A stretch of DNA of 64,000 bases from a virus. Below are positions 20,439 to 28,747 of this stretch, piece by piece. The notes beneath the pieces are model-generated. The model was not told the origin of the DNA. It saw nothing but the letters and a program-made list of their open reading frames with translations, and searched no databases. Where the stretch lies: the IMG/VR virus record IMGVR_UViG_3300016469_000426, positions 3,785 to 67,784 of that record. The stretch is one strand, 5' to 3'. Numbering within the stretch: the first letter of the stretch is position 1; each line of letters begins with the position of its first letter. Both the position numbers and the translations under genes were made by a program.

Positions 20439-20853
20439 CGCGTTTAGCTTTAAGGAAACCGGTAAGCTCTGCCAGAGAAGTATTCATAGTCTGTTGCATT
20501 GTTACAACACTATCAATCTTGTCTGAAAGCTTATCGTGTGCAAGTTTCTCCTCTTCTCGAATCTCATTCATCCGGGCATAGATCTGGTTCTCCTTTTTCT
20601 CGACTTCTTCTTTGTTGGTCTTGATGATATCCATGATCATCTGTATATTGGCTTTTTTACTATTCTTGGCGTGCAGGAATTTTTCCTCAACCGCTTTTTT
20701 GTACTCATCAAGATCCTTCTTTAAGGTAGCAGTTTCTTCTGCAGACTTCTCAGAAGTACGCTTAAGGGCATAGAGAAACCCTAAGATAGAGATGACAGCT
20801 ACTACGATAGTTATCACATCCTTGATATTAAATGTTAAGTCAGCAGCATTCAT
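20425..20853 (-). CDS. N-terminal TM plus coiled-coil protein (holin/spanin-like)
   Basis: ITIVVAVISILGFLYAL TM then KKDLDEYKKAVEEK coiled coil. Confidence 0.4.
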   Translation of the reverse strand: MNAADLTFNIKDVITIVVAVISILGFLYALKRTSEKSAEETATLKKDLDEYKKAVEEKFLHAKNSKKANIQMIMDIIKTNKEEVEKKENQIYARMNEIREEEKLAHDKLSDKIDSVVTMQQTMNTSLAELTGFLKAKRDDQH

Positions 20854-20862
20854 ATTTATACA

Positions 20863-21207
20863 CTATCTATTATCAACTATTGCAAGCACACAAGCTTCAT
20901 CTGTACAAGCTGTTACTTGAGCTTTTAAAACAGAACCAGATTGTAGTTGAGCATTCTTATAGTTAACCGCGCTCAAATAGAAGTTAGTCTTGTTAGCTAG
21001 CGAGAGAGTGTACAGGTTCTCATTTATATCCATGATCGCCAGGGGAAAAAGCTGATCTGGCAGATTAGGAAAGTTAGACCAGTTAATCTGAGCGGTAAAG
21101 CTCATAGAAAAAGTATGGCCATCAAATGGAAATCCCATTGCGATAAGCTCCTGAGTACGGAGATTTATCTCATTATACCTGATATCTTTTATCTCTTGCA
21201 GTGTCAT
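20863..21207 (-). CDS. hypothetical protein
   Basis: 114 aa ORF. Confidence 0.4.
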   Translation of the reverse strand: MTLQEIKDIRYNEINLRTQELIAMGFPFDGHTFSMSFTAQINWSNFPNLPDQLFPLAIMDINENLYTLSLANKTNFYLSAVNYKNAQLQSGSVLKAQVTACTDEACVLAIVDNR

Positions 21208-21800
21208 AATAATTCAGCTGTTGCGTCAATGAATGTGAGAGTATGTGTAATACCAGCGCCAGTAACAGTTTGATATTGCATATCGAGACTGTTAGCTATT
21301 GCTTTATTCCAAAGACCGGGTGCAATTGTTTTCACAGTAAGAATCTCCAGGGGAGTTCCTACCGAGTCGTCAGTTCTTTGAATACGAGCAAAAACTTGTG
21401 CAGTATTACCAGCTCTGAAATTGATCTCTACTTGAATAGTGTATGTGTCAATTGTACGAGCAGCATTACCCATAGATGTTGCAGTGAAAAGAAGAGTAAT
21501 GCCTCCTGTAACAACTTGCCATCTTGTAGTAGAAACCCCTACGGTCTTTGTATAGTTAGCTGTAAAAGAAAAACGCAGTGTGCGACCATCTTTAATCTGA
21601 GCATTTACCGGAATAGGGATGCTAATAACATTAGCCATTGCTGTGACACCAACTCTGCTAGCTACCACATCAGCAGTCCAAGCAACAGAGTTCGCATCTT
21701 GGAAAGTTTTGAAAGTATTGTTCGCAGATGGTGAGGAACCGAGACGTATAGCCTGGCTCTGATTAAATGTGAACAGTTGTTTTATGTCGCTCCAGCTCAT
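21204..21800 (-). CDS. hypothetical tail-associated protein
   Basis: 198 aa, Thr/Ser/Asn-rich beta-type composition. Confidence 0.45.
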   Translation of the reverse strand: MSWSDIKQLFTFNQSQAIRLGSSPSANNTFKTFQDANSVAWTADVVASRVGVTAMANVISIPIPVNAQIKDGRTLRFSFTANYTKTVGVSTTRWQVVTGGITLLFTATSMGNAARTIDTYTIQVEINFRAGNTAQVFARIQRTDDSVGTPLEILTVKTIAPGLWNKAIANSLDMQYQTVTGAGITHTLTFIDATAELL

Positions 21801-21802
21801 GA

Positions 21803-22825
21803 TTATACTACGCTAGTAATTAATAAATCTGTACCTGTTCCATTATAAGCAATTACTGCAAGAGTATCATCTTCGGCACCGGCAGCAAATGATACTTGCT
21901 CACCAGGAAGAAGAGTTGCTCCAAGAACTGTTGCGTTACCTGATCCTGCGTTGTAGAAAGATGCGGAACGAGCGCCGGCCGCTACGTTTCCTGGACCGGC
22001 TGCACGAGTCATTGTCGGAGTTCTTACAACTGCAGTAAACTTGCTGTCTAAAGAAGTGAGTGTTGCCTCAGATGCACGAGTAGACAATAACACGTCTAGG
22101 TTATCAGTCTTGGCCTTGATCAATAGCAATGTCGCTTCAGTAGCTCTGGTAAGTAATGTGGCTTCAGAAGCACGAGTACTTAATGCCACATCCAGGTCAG
22201 CATTGATCGCCGTTACTTGAGTAAGAACGGATGAAAGAGTAGCCTCACTTGCGCGTGTTGACAAAGCCACGTCAAGATCCGCATTGATAGCTGTAAGCTG
22301 AACCAATACAGAAGCAAGAGTAGCTTCAGTAGCGCGAGTTGAAAGATTCACATCCAGTCTACCGGAAATGGTAGTTAGGATGGTATTAGTTGCAAGAAGG
22401 GTAAGCTCCGAAGCTCTTGTTGAAAGAGCAACGTCCAAGTCAGTGTTAATAGCTGTGACCTGGGTCAGAATGTTATCAAGAACATACTGAGGATTCACAA
22501 TCTCAAGCGGGCCAATTGGAACAACCACTGCACCTGCAGCGTTGTAATAAATTGGTGGATCAAATGTGTGAGTAGTAGTATTCCAGATTCTGATCTGAAT
22601 ATACGTTGGATAAGGAGCTGGTGCACCAAGATCAAGAACAAGAAGTTGTTCAAATTCCTTACCATTCTGAATGGCGCTTAGAACTTGAACCAAGGTGGCC
22701 TCAGTAGCCAGACCTCCAGGAGGTGCTACAGATGCAGAAATGGCTCCCAATAACTGTAAAGCACTTATTTGATAGCCGAAATTATTACGCGGTCCGGCTG
22801 GATTATTCAACATTCCCTTACTCAT
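21803..22825 (-). CDS. tail fibre-like protein with tandem LSTRA(S/T)EATL repeats
   Basis: DLDVALSTRASEATL unit repeated ~7x in protein. Confidence 0.55.
   Translation of the reverse strand: MSKGMLNNPAGPRNNFGYQISALQLLGAISASVAPPGGLATEATLVQVLSAIQNGKEFEQLLVLDLGAPAPYPTYIQIRIWNTTTHTFDPPIYYNAAGAVVVPIGPLEIVNPQYVLDNILTQVTAINTDLDVALSTRASELTLLATNTILTTISGRLDVNLSTRATEATLASVLVQLTAINADLDVALSTRASEATLSSVLTQVTAINADLDVALSTRASEATLLTRATEATLLLIKAKTDNLDVLLSTRASEATLTSLDSKFTAVVRTPTMTRAAGPGNVAAGARSASFYNAGSGNATVLGATLLPGEQVSFAAGAEDDTLAVIAYNGTGTDLLITSVV
22050..22485 (-). repeat. imperfect tandem DNA repeats encoding ~27-aa units (VLTQVTAINADLDVALSTRASEATL)
   Basis: Repeated gcacgagt.../gcgcgtgt.../gcgcgagt... blocks; coordinates approximate. 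Confidence 0.45.
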
Positions 22826-22836
22826 AATTGGATGTT

Positions 22837-23127
22837 TTAAAGAGATTCAATGTGTTCACCAAATCCTATAAGATCTTTATGCATTACTGCCCACTTGAAA
22901 TTTGCAACTACGCCTTTTACGAGAAGCACTTCTTCTGTGGTCAGTTCCATTGTTTTACCTGGATTCTCCAGCTTATCGAGAATCTTGATACGATTACGCA
23001 TATCACCTATTGTAATTCCTTCTGAAGAAGCTGCACCCAAACAGACCTTTAAAAGATCAGCATAAGTCATTGGTGTGGCGTTTTCGCCTACTGTAATTTT
23101 TGTTTCAATATTCTGAAAGGTTGCCAT
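22837..23127 (-). CDS. hypothetical protein
   Basis: 96 aa ORF. Confidence 0.4.
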   Translation of the reverse strand: MATFQNIETKITVGENATPMTYADLLKVCLGAASSEGITIGDMRNRIKILDKLENPGKTMELTTEEVLLVKGVVANFKWAVMHKDLIGFGEHIESL

Positions 23128-23152
23128 GTATGTTGGTTTATTTTATTACTGA

Positions 23153-23392
23153 TCAGGTATTAGGATACTTCTCTGCTGAGAAGGTTGCAGCTTGCGTTTC
23201 AACAGATGCTGCCATTTCTACTCCAGTCATGGTAATAGGGCATTCAGCAAGAATAGTATCTTGCTTTGTGAAACCGTAAGTATCACCCACTACACCAGTA
23301 GTAACATTAGCATAGATCACAACTGTTGAAGGATCTCCTTGTTTTGTTTTTGGTGCACCTACCCAGGTCACATCTTTTACTTCGTATTGCAT
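23153..23392 (-). CDS. hypothetical protein
   Basis: 79 aa ORF. Confidence 0.4.
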   Translation of the reverse strand: MQYEVKDVTWVGAPKTKQGDPSTVVIYANVTTGVVGDTYGFTKQDTILAECPITMTGVEMAASVETQAATFSAEKYPNT

Positions 23393-23410
23393 AATATTGA
23401 GTTTTTATAG

Positions 23411-25006
23411 TTAAGCTAGTTCTACAGATAGTACTCCAGCATTAGTAAAGATACGATACCTGTTACCATTAGTTCTGTCTAACACAATGAAACCGCGATT
23501 ATTGGTGAGAGTTTCAACATCTCCGTTTACAGTAAGTTTAGATGTGATACCAGCATTAGTACCAATACCTACGTTTCCGGAACCATTCAGGTAAGAATCT
23601 GCTGTTTTAGATAAAGCAAAGCTTGGAGTAGTAGAGAGCCATCCCAAGAATAAAGCATCATCATGAGTACTTTCCATGTATCCGGAAGAGTAATTACCGT
23701 ATCCCATTACAATAGCTCCTCTATGAGAAGCTTTAGTAAAATACCCAACAGCTACACCATTTTGTGCACGAGCTTCAGCAAAAGAACTTAAGCTTAGTGA
23801 ATCTACAGAATTAGCTATGGTAGATACCCCGATGGCAATAGAATTTGCACCTGAAGCGGCAGCTAGATAAGCTATAGCCACCGAAAAGTTTCCAGAAGCA
23901 GTACATTGGGTACCAAGAGCCAGTGCCGCAAAAGCAGAGGCTGTACCAAAAGAACCGATAGCTGCGGCATAATCTGCTGTAGCAACAGATTGTGTACCTA
24001 GAGCTGTAGTTGATGGCCTTGTTCCGGAAGAATAAATCCCCATTACTACCGCGTTTGCACCTGTTGCGCTGGCCTCCTGTCCTATTACGATAGAAGCTCC
24101 GCTACCTAATGTGGTATTAGCATTAATACCCATGATAATACCACCATCATCTCTCAGATATGCAAGAGCTGCATCAGCAAAATTACGAATGTGTAAACTG
24201 TAAGTAGAATTACCAGCTCCAGCTCCTTTAACATTAAAAGTAGCATTACCGGTAATAGCATTCACCATTACTTTGGTATTCTGAATATAAATTTCTGGAA
24301 CTACACTGATTGCAGGAGAAGCCCCATCTACAATAAGAGCAATACTAGATATGTTGCTCTCGTTAGAAATTACAAGATTACCGGTGGTGCTTTTTGAAAG
24401 AACATATGCTCCTTGATACCAAGTCCCGACCTCATCTGTTTTCCCGTGAAGTGTAAGATGTGCAGTATCTGAACCACCAACCATGTATGATAAACGAGCA
24501 TATCTTGTAGGTCCAGTTTCCAACATCGCAGTTACAGGCTGACCTGCTCCGCTTTTATTTACATGTAGTTCATAAAGAGGAAGAATATTGATACCAACTT
24601 TTGCGTCATTGAGTGTTCCAAACTGAAGACTATGCCCACCAAAATTTACTGATCTTGGACCAGTAAATGTTCCATTACTGTTATAGATATTTACACTTAC
24701 CGGTGGAGGTAAAAGATCTATGAAATCTTCAATACTAACTGCAAAATTTTGGTAACTGCTTTGATTTCTGGAATCTTTTACTTTTTTACCAATGACCAAA
24801 AGATCTGCATTTTCTAGTTGCAATTCTGTAATCAAACGGCCGTTAGCTATAATGGCGGGAAAGTTTACAACATCCATGTGATAACTGTATTTACTATAAT
24901 ATACAGAATTATCATCACTTTGCCAAATTTTTTGTTGCCCGGGAACGATTTGAACGTCCGTTCTCTGGTCCAAAACCAGATGTCCTGCCGCTAGACGACC
25001 GGGCAT
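23411..25006 (-). CDS. tail fibre / receptor-binding protein
   Basis: 531 aa, Gly/Ala/Ser/Asn-rich beta repeats (GANSIAIGV, GNVGIGTNAG). Confidence 0.55.
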   Translation of the reverse strand: MPGRLAAGHLVLDQRTDVQIVPGQQKIWQSDDNSVYYSKYSYHMDVVNFPAIIANGRLITELQLENADLLVIGKKVKDSRNQSSYQNFAVSIEDFIDLLPPPVSVNIYNSNGTFTGPRSVNFGGHSLQFGTLNDAKVGINILPLYELHVNKSGAGQPVTAMLETGPTRYARLSYMVGGSDTAHLTLHGKTDEVGTWYQGAYVLSKSTTGNLVISNESNISSIALIVDGASPAISVVPEIYIQNTKVMVNAITGNATFNVKGAGAGNSTYSLHIRNFADAALAYLRDDGGIIMGINANTTLGSGASIVIGQEASATGANAVVMGIYSSGTRPSTTALGTQSVATADYAAAIGSFGTASAFAALALGTQCTASGNFSVAIAYLAAASGANSIAIGVSTIANSVDSLSLSSFAEARAQNGVAVGYFTKASHRGAIVMGYGNYSSGYMESTHDDALFLGWLSTTPSFALSKTADSYLNGSGNVGIGTNAGITSKLTVNGDVETLTNNRGFIVLDRTNGNRYRIFTNAGVLSVELA

Positions 25007-25015
25007 TGTAATCAG

Positions 25016-25087
25016 AGACCCTGGAGAGATTCGAACTCCCGACCATCTGATCCGTATTCAGAAGCGCTTCCGCTGCGCCACAGGGTC
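25016..25087 (-). tRNA. tRNA-Arg (anticodon ACG)
   Basis: Hand-folded: acceptor GACCCTG/CAGGGTC, T-loop TTCGAAT, anticodon loop ATACGGA. Confidence 0.7.
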
Positions 25088-25094
25088 AAATTGG

Positions 25095-25167
25095 GGTGAC
25101 CGGCGAGATTTGAACTCGCAACCTTCTGCGCCACAAGCAGACGTTCCACCGATTGAACTACGGCCAC
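25095..25167 (-). tRNA. tRNA-His (GTG)
   Basis: Acceptor GTGGCCG/CGGTCAC, loop TTGTGGC. Confidence 0.7.
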
Positions 25168-25169
25168 AG

Positions 25170-25243
25170 AGCCCGAGGACGGAATCGAACCGCCGACCCT
25201 CTGTTTACAAAACAGTAGCTCTAACCCGCTGAGCTACTCGGGC
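25170..25243 (-). tRNA. tRNA-Thr (TGT)
   Basis: Acceptor GCCCGAG/CTCGGGC, loop TTTGTAA. Confidence 0.7.
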
Positions 25244-25251
25244 TAATATTG

Positions 25252-25324
25252 TATCCCGGACGGGATTTGAACCCGTGTGACCAGACTGAAAACCTGGGAT
25301 CCTAGACCACTAGATGACCGGGAC
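25252..25324 (-). tRNA. tRNA-Glu (TTC)
   Basis: GTCCCGG acceptor, 3-bp D-stem, loop TTTTCAG. Confidence 0.7.
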
Positions 25325-25389
25325 ATGTGAGTGTTCGGGAGACCTGGTACTATATCTCCTCCTTTATCAGGCGTCATTATCACTCGTTG

Positions 25390-25463
25390 TTGCGGGAATG
25401 GGATTCGAACCCATGTCGTTCGGCTTATGAGACCGAGCTGGAACCGCTCCAGTCCACCCCGCA
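25390..25463 (-). tRNA. tRNA-Met/Ile2-type (CAT), atypical 4-nt acceptor-to-D linker
   Basis: Acceptor TGCGGGG/TCCCGCA, loop CTCATAA, D-stem CTGG/CCAG. Confidence 0.55.
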
Positions 25464-25471
25464 TTATTTTG

Positions 25472-25545
25472 TAGGCCCTACCGGGTTTGAACCGGTGACC
25501 TTTACCTTATAAGAGTACTGCTCTGACCAGCTGAGCTAAGGGCCT
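25472..25545 (-). tRNA. tRNA with anticodon TAT (Ile, AUA-reading)
   Basis: Acceptor AGGCCCT/AGGGCCT, loop CTTATAA, one G-A mismatch at top of anticodon stem. Confidence 0.5.
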
Positions 25546-25554
25546 ATTACTTGG

Positions 25555-25626
25555 AACCCCTGACCAGACTCGAACTGGTAACCTTGAGCTTAGAAGTCTC
25601 TTGCTCTTCCATTGAGCTACAGGGGC
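25555..25626 (-). tRNA. tRNA-Arg (TCT), weak anticodon stem
   Basis: Acceptor GCCCCTG/CAGGGGT, loop CTTCTAA. Confidence 0.5.
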
Positions 25627-25634
25627 AGCTTCAG

Positions 25635-25706
25635 TTCCCCCGCCGGGAGTCGAACCCGGCCCCATAGATTAAAAGTCTATTGCCTACACCAGTTTGCTAC
25701 GAGGGA
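25635..25706 (-). tRNA. tRNA-Lys (TTT), weak D-stem
   Basis: Acceptor TCCCTCG/CGGGGGA, anticodon stem ATAGA/TCTAT, loop CTTTTAA. Confidence 0.55.
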
Positions 25707-25808
25707 ATGTTAAATCATGCTGACTTACGTCTGCACTTTATCTTCTTTCGTATCAAGCTGTTGTATAACATGACTGTTAAATCTTCTTTTTTGCTTTGTT
25801 AATTGTTG

Positions 25809-25886
25809 TAGGAACAGAAGGATTCGAACCTTCGACTGACCCTGCTTGTAAGGCAAGCGCTCTGAACCGGGCTGAGCTATGCTCCT
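25809..25886 (-). tRNA. tRNA-Val (TAC), 7-nt variable loop
   Basis: Acceptor AGGAGCA/TGTTCCT, loop CTTACAA. Confidence 0.6.
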
Positions 25887-25894
25887 ATTTTAGT

Positions 25895-25965
25895 TGACAT
25901 GGCAGGGATTGAACCTACGACCTCCCGCGTATCAGGCGGATGCTCTACCGCTGAGCTACATGTCA
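25895..25965 (-). tRNA. tRNA-Ile (GAT)
   Basis: Acceptor TGACATG/CATGTCA, loop CTGATAC. Confidence 0.7.
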
Positions 25966-25972
25966 ATGTTTG

Positions 25973-26045
25973 CGGACTGTATAGGGTTCGAACCTATGAC
26001 CCTCGCCTTAACAGGGCGCCGCTCAGCCAACCGAGCTCACAGTCC
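25973..26045 (-). tRNA. tRNA-Asn (GTT)
   Basis: Acceptor GGACTGT/ACAGTCC, loop CTGTTAA. Confidence 0.65.
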
Positions 26046-26049
26046 ATTG

Positions 26050-26126
26050 CGGTCTATGTCGGAGTCGAACCGACCTGATGTCCCGCGTGACAGGCGGGTG
26101 TCCACAACCAAGCAGACCCATAGACC
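26050..26126 (-). tRNA. tRNA-Asp (GTC), 7-nt variable loop
   Basis: Acceptor GGTCTAT/ATAGACC, stem CCCGC/GCGGG, loop CTGTCAC. Confidence 0.6.
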
Positions 26127-26131
26127 ATTAG

Positions 26132-26205
26132 AGCGAGTGATGAGGCTCGAACTCACAACACCCTGCTTGGAAGGCAGGTACTCTAGCCAATTGAGCTACA
26201 CTCGC
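26132..26205 (-). tRNA. tRNA-Gly (TCC)
   Basis: Acceptor GCGAGTG/CACTCGC, loop CTTCCAA. Confidence 0.7.
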
Positions 26206-26318
26206 AGTATCAACACTGATGAGGCTTTTTCAGAACTTAAGCTACACCCAGCATAGCATACGGCCTTTAACCGTTCCTCATCCTCCCGCTTCTGGATTAC
26301 AGGAGTTGTTTCAACTTG

Positions 26319-26393
26319 TGGAATGGCTGGGATTTGAACCCAGGACCTTCTGCTTGCAAAGCAGCTGCTCGACCAGACCGAGCTCCGCACCCC
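26319..26393 (-). tRNA. tRNA-Ala (TGC) with G3-U70
   Basis: Acceptor GGGGTGC/CCATTCC (G3.U70, one C-C mismatch), loop TTTGCAA. Confidence 0.55.
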
Positions 26394-26447
26394 TAGTGAC
26401 CCTTTTCTTTAATTTTCAGTTTGTGGCGGCCGATCCATATCTGCTAG

Positions 26448-26520
26448 TCGGAGTTGCTGGACTCGAACCAACGGTCTCCTGGTCCCAAACCAGGCGCGAT
26501 ACCAACTTCGCTAAACCCCG
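26448..26520 (-). tRNA. tRNA-Pro (TGG)
   Basis: Acceptor CGGGGTT/AACTCCG, loop TTTGGGA. Confidence 0.7.
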
Positions 26521-26523
26521 TAA

Positions 26524-26560
26524 ACAAAAAAAGCCCCTGATTTCTCAGAGGCTCTTTCTT
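26524..26560. terminator. hairpin flanked by A7 and T-rich tracts (bidirectional terminator-like) inside tRNA array
   Basis: agcccctga tttc tcagaggct, flanked by aaaaaaa and ctttctt. Confidence 0.4.
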
Positions 26561-26751
26561 ATCAAGTTAATCCAAAATTCTTATTTCATGATGGACACAA
26601 CAAGAGCCTCTACGCAATTCGGTTCGTCACCTTTGCGCACGATATTCATTTGGGCCGTATGTTGTATGTTTCTCATTTGCGTTACAAATATACAAACAAT
26701 TTATACATGTGCAACACAACATGTATATTTTTTTTTGATTTTCTTTATATG

Positions 26752-26825
26752 TACTCCCGACCGGACTCGAACCGGTAGCTTACGGATTTTAAGTCCGCTG
26801 TGTTTACCCATTTCACCACGGAAGT
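26752..26825 (-). tRNA. class-I tRNA with anticodon TAA (Leu codon UUA) but short variable loop and Gln/Glu-type 3-bp D-stem; identity uncertain
   Basis: Acceptor ACTTCCG/CGGGAGT, stem GCGGA/TCCGT, loop CTTAAAA, variable AAGCT. Confidence 0.5.
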
Positions 26826-26829
26826 ATTG

Positions 26830-26907
26830 TACCCTCTGAGAGACTCGAACTCTCACCCGAAGACTAGATCCTAAGTCTAGCGCGTCTACCAATTTCGCCA
26901 AGAGGGC
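26830..26907 (-). tRNA. tRNA-Leu (TAG) with short (9-nt) variable arm
   Basis: Acceptor GCCCTCT/AGAGGGT, stem CTAGA/TCTAG, loop CTTAGGA. Confidence 0.55.
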
Positions 26908-26914
26908 GTATTAG

Positions 26915-27000
26915 CGGAGAACAGTGGCCCTGATCCACAATCGTAATATTACGATCAGACTGCTTAGCAGGCAGCTCCTACCCAGGTAGGTTTATTCTCC
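26915..27000 (-). tRNA. tRNA-Ser (GCT)-like, class II, atypical T-loop
   Basis: Acceptor GGAGAAT/GTTCTCC, loop CTGCTAA (as in E. coli Ser-GCU), long variable hairpin ATCGTAATATTACGAT, T-loop ATCAGGG. Confidence 0.45.
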
Positions 27001-27004
27001 ATTG

Positions 27005-27077
27005 AGGTACCGGCGTGATTCGAACACGCGTACTCGAGTTTTGCAGACTGAGGACTAAACCGCTCATCCACGGTACC
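27005..27077 (-). tRNA. tRNA-Cys (GCA)
   Basis: Acceptor GGTACCG/CGGTACC, loop CTGCAAA. Confidence 0.6.
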
Positions 27078-27083
27078 TTGTTG

Positions 27084-27156
27084 CACATGAGGAAGGGGTC
27101 GAACCTCCGACACCTGGTTTTGGAGACCAGTGCTCTACCATCTGAGCTACTCATGT
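27084..27156 (-). tRNA. tRNA-Trp (CCA)
   Basis: Acceptor ACATGAG/CTCATGT, loop CTCCAAA. Confidence 0.7.
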
Positions 27157-27160
27157 ATAG

Positions 27161-27251
27161 CGGAAAGCGGAGGACCCGACCCCCAGTCCAGTTACCCAGA
27201 CACCCGGTTTTCAAGACCGGTCGCGGCTCCAATGCCACTGCTTCACTTTCC
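27161..27251 (-). tRNA. tRNA-Ser (TGA), class II, atypical T-loop
   Basis: Stem CCGGT/ACCGG, loop CTTGAAA; similar to E. coli Ser-UGA; T-loop TCGGGT. Confidence 0.5.
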
Positions 27252-27256
27252 AATTG

Positions 27257-27340
27257 TGGGACCCGGTGGACTCGAACCACTCCTCCGAAGAGACCGAATT
27301 TACAGTCCGGCTGCCGTATCCAAGACGACTTTCAGTTCCC
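27257..27340 (-). tRNA. tRNA-Tyr (GTA), class II
   Basis: Stem CCGGA/TTCGG, loop CTGTAAA, variable hairpin CTCTTCGGAG. Confidence 0.6.
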
Positions 27341-27348
27341 ATGTTTTG

Positions 27349-27421
27349 TGGAGCCACCTGGTATCGAACCAGGATCTCAGGATTTTCAGTCCCACGCATA
27401 GACCGTCTTTGCTATAGCTCC
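27349..27421 (-). tRNA. tRNA-Phe (GAA)
   Basis: Acceptor GGAGCTA/TGGCTCC, loop CTGAAAA. Confidence 0.7.
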
Positions 27422-27450
27422 AAAAAAAAAGCCCGGATATTACTCCGGGC
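27422..27450 (-). terminator. Rho-independent terminator (minus orientation) upstream of tRNA array
   Basis: gcccgga tattac tccgggc followed on minus strand by T9. Confidence 0.55.
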
Positions 27451-27591
27451 CTTGTTCCATAATGCTTAACCTCAATACGAGACATTACTTCAATAGCTAC
27501 CCGGACCACCCTTAGGCGATAACCAGCAATAACTAAAGAGTAACGATTGTCTCATGGCACAAAGATAAGCATATTTTTCAAACACACAAGA

Positions 27592-28296
27592 TTAGTGGTA
27601 AGTTTTTATAGCATCTAAAACATCTGCTTCTGTTTTGATCCATCCCCTTTCTATAGCATTCACTACATATTTTTCAATTTGAGTTATAGTTTTAAGCTGA
27701 GCAGAGTTTGCGAGATTTCTCATGCCTCCTGCTTGGTGATAACCAAAAACTCTAGTGTTAATGGCTTTATAAACATTTTGATAAGTTAGCGCAGTAGCTT
27801 TACCGTTCAACATTCCGTTTATAGCTCCGTTAAGCGGTCTTACTTCAGTACCGGCCTCGATGCGATCAAATATCAAAGTATCGGTTAACCATATTACAAC
27901 CTTAGCATAGATCATGGGGTTGAGCTCCATAGCAAGAAGTACCCAGATATAGGGATCTGCCATTACAGTCTTGTTGCTTCCACGACCCGTAGTCTTCCAT
28001 ACTTCAAGACCTTTAAGAACGTTGACAATACCTTCTCTATCAACCATTTCGGTAAAACTAAGAAAACTTAGTTTTATGAGACCTCTCTCATACAGAAGGT
28101 GATAGGCCCTTTCCTTAAAATCTTTGGTTTGTAAAATCATGGTCAGGTTCTTATCACTCCACCCATGTTGCCACCTACCTTTTTCATAGGCGGCTTGTAG
28201 ATCAGACACAGATAAAAATCCCGGCTTTGTATTCTGCCGGATAGCCACACCAAACAACTCCCTGTCAGTGCTAGATAATGTTACGTTGGTTTTCAT
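27592..28296 (-). CDS. KilA-N/Bro-N-like DNA-binding domain protein (antirepressor-like)
   Basis: 234 aa; N-terminal FGVAIRQNTKPGFLSVSDLQAAY pattern resembles Bro-N/KilA-N. Confidence 0.35.
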   Translation of the reverse strand: MKTNVTLSSTDRELFGVAIRQNTKPGFLSVSDLQAAYEKGRWQHGWSDKNLTMILQTKDFKERAYHLLYERGLIKLSFLSFTEMVDREGIVNVLKGLEVWKTTGRGSNKTVMADPYIWVLLAMELNPMIYAKVVIWLTDTLIFDRIEAGTEVRPLNGAINGMLNGKATALTYQNVYKAINTRVFGYHQAGGMRNLANSAQLKTITQIEKYVVNAIERGWIKTEADVLDAIKTYH

Positions 28297-28441
28297 AAAG
28301 CCGAAAGTATGAATTCTTACTTATAAAGAAGGGATCATATATGACCTTTTATAAAAACTGTGTGGTAAAGTTATGAACATCCTGATATCTATTGATAGTT
28401 CTTGAACCGGCCTCAGGAATCTTGGAAGGATGAGAGTGTTA

Positions 28442-28453
28442 GGAGGGCCCTCC
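28442..28453. promoter_or_regulatory. perfect 12-bp palindrome GGAGGGCCCTCC in divergent control region
   Basis: Seen directly; lies between divergently transcribed modules. Confidence 0.35.
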
Positions 28454-28457
28454 AATC

Positions 28458-28466
28458 AACCCCCCT
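28458..28466 (+). promoter_or_regulatory. CAACCCCC motif copy 1
   Basis: caacccccc. Confidence 0.4.
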
Positions 28467-28703
28467 CGGTGTTTGGAAAGCGGGGGTACCCCGGGGTGCT
28501 TGACAGATCAAATCTGATTTCATGGGACATGAGGAAAAAGAATTCTTACAGGAGAATGTTTTCTGTGGCCTGATAGGATGAGAACATCTGGATGGTCTTG
28601 ATCATCCTTGTCTTGGTCATGTCTTGTGATGTCCAACGCACAAGGCCTGTGCTTGATTATACATTGATCTATGCACCTCGGGAACAAAAGCATATAAGGC
28701 GAT

Positions 28704-28711
28704 CAACCCCC
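28704..28711 (+). promoter_or_regulatory. CAACCCCC motif copy 2, 37 nt upstream of ATG 28748
   Basis: followed by TAAATGTTTAACC. Confidence 0.45.
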
Positions 28712-28747
28712 TTTAGCCTGTAAATGTTTAACCTTAATACCATCACC

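Noticed and set aside
26206-26318. Possible extra tRNA or tRNA remnant in the 113-nt gap upstream of tRNA-Gly (8-bp GATGAGGC/GCCTCATC stem enclosing small hairpins)
   Set aside because: No T-arm and arm order not tRNA-like. Probably a leader or processing hairpin.
26521-26751. Missing tRNA-Gln sought in the 230-nt tRNA-free gap
   Set aside because: No acceptor/T-loop signature on either strand. The gap contains a terminator-like hairpin and an ATACATGT...ACATGTAT palindrome instead.
25243-27509. Short ORFs on both strands across the tRNA array (25243..25464, 25894..26256, 26219..26839, 27015..27401, 27130..27417 etc.)
   Set aside because: They overlap hand-folded tRNA genes and intergenic leaders. 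Translated products are low-complexity.
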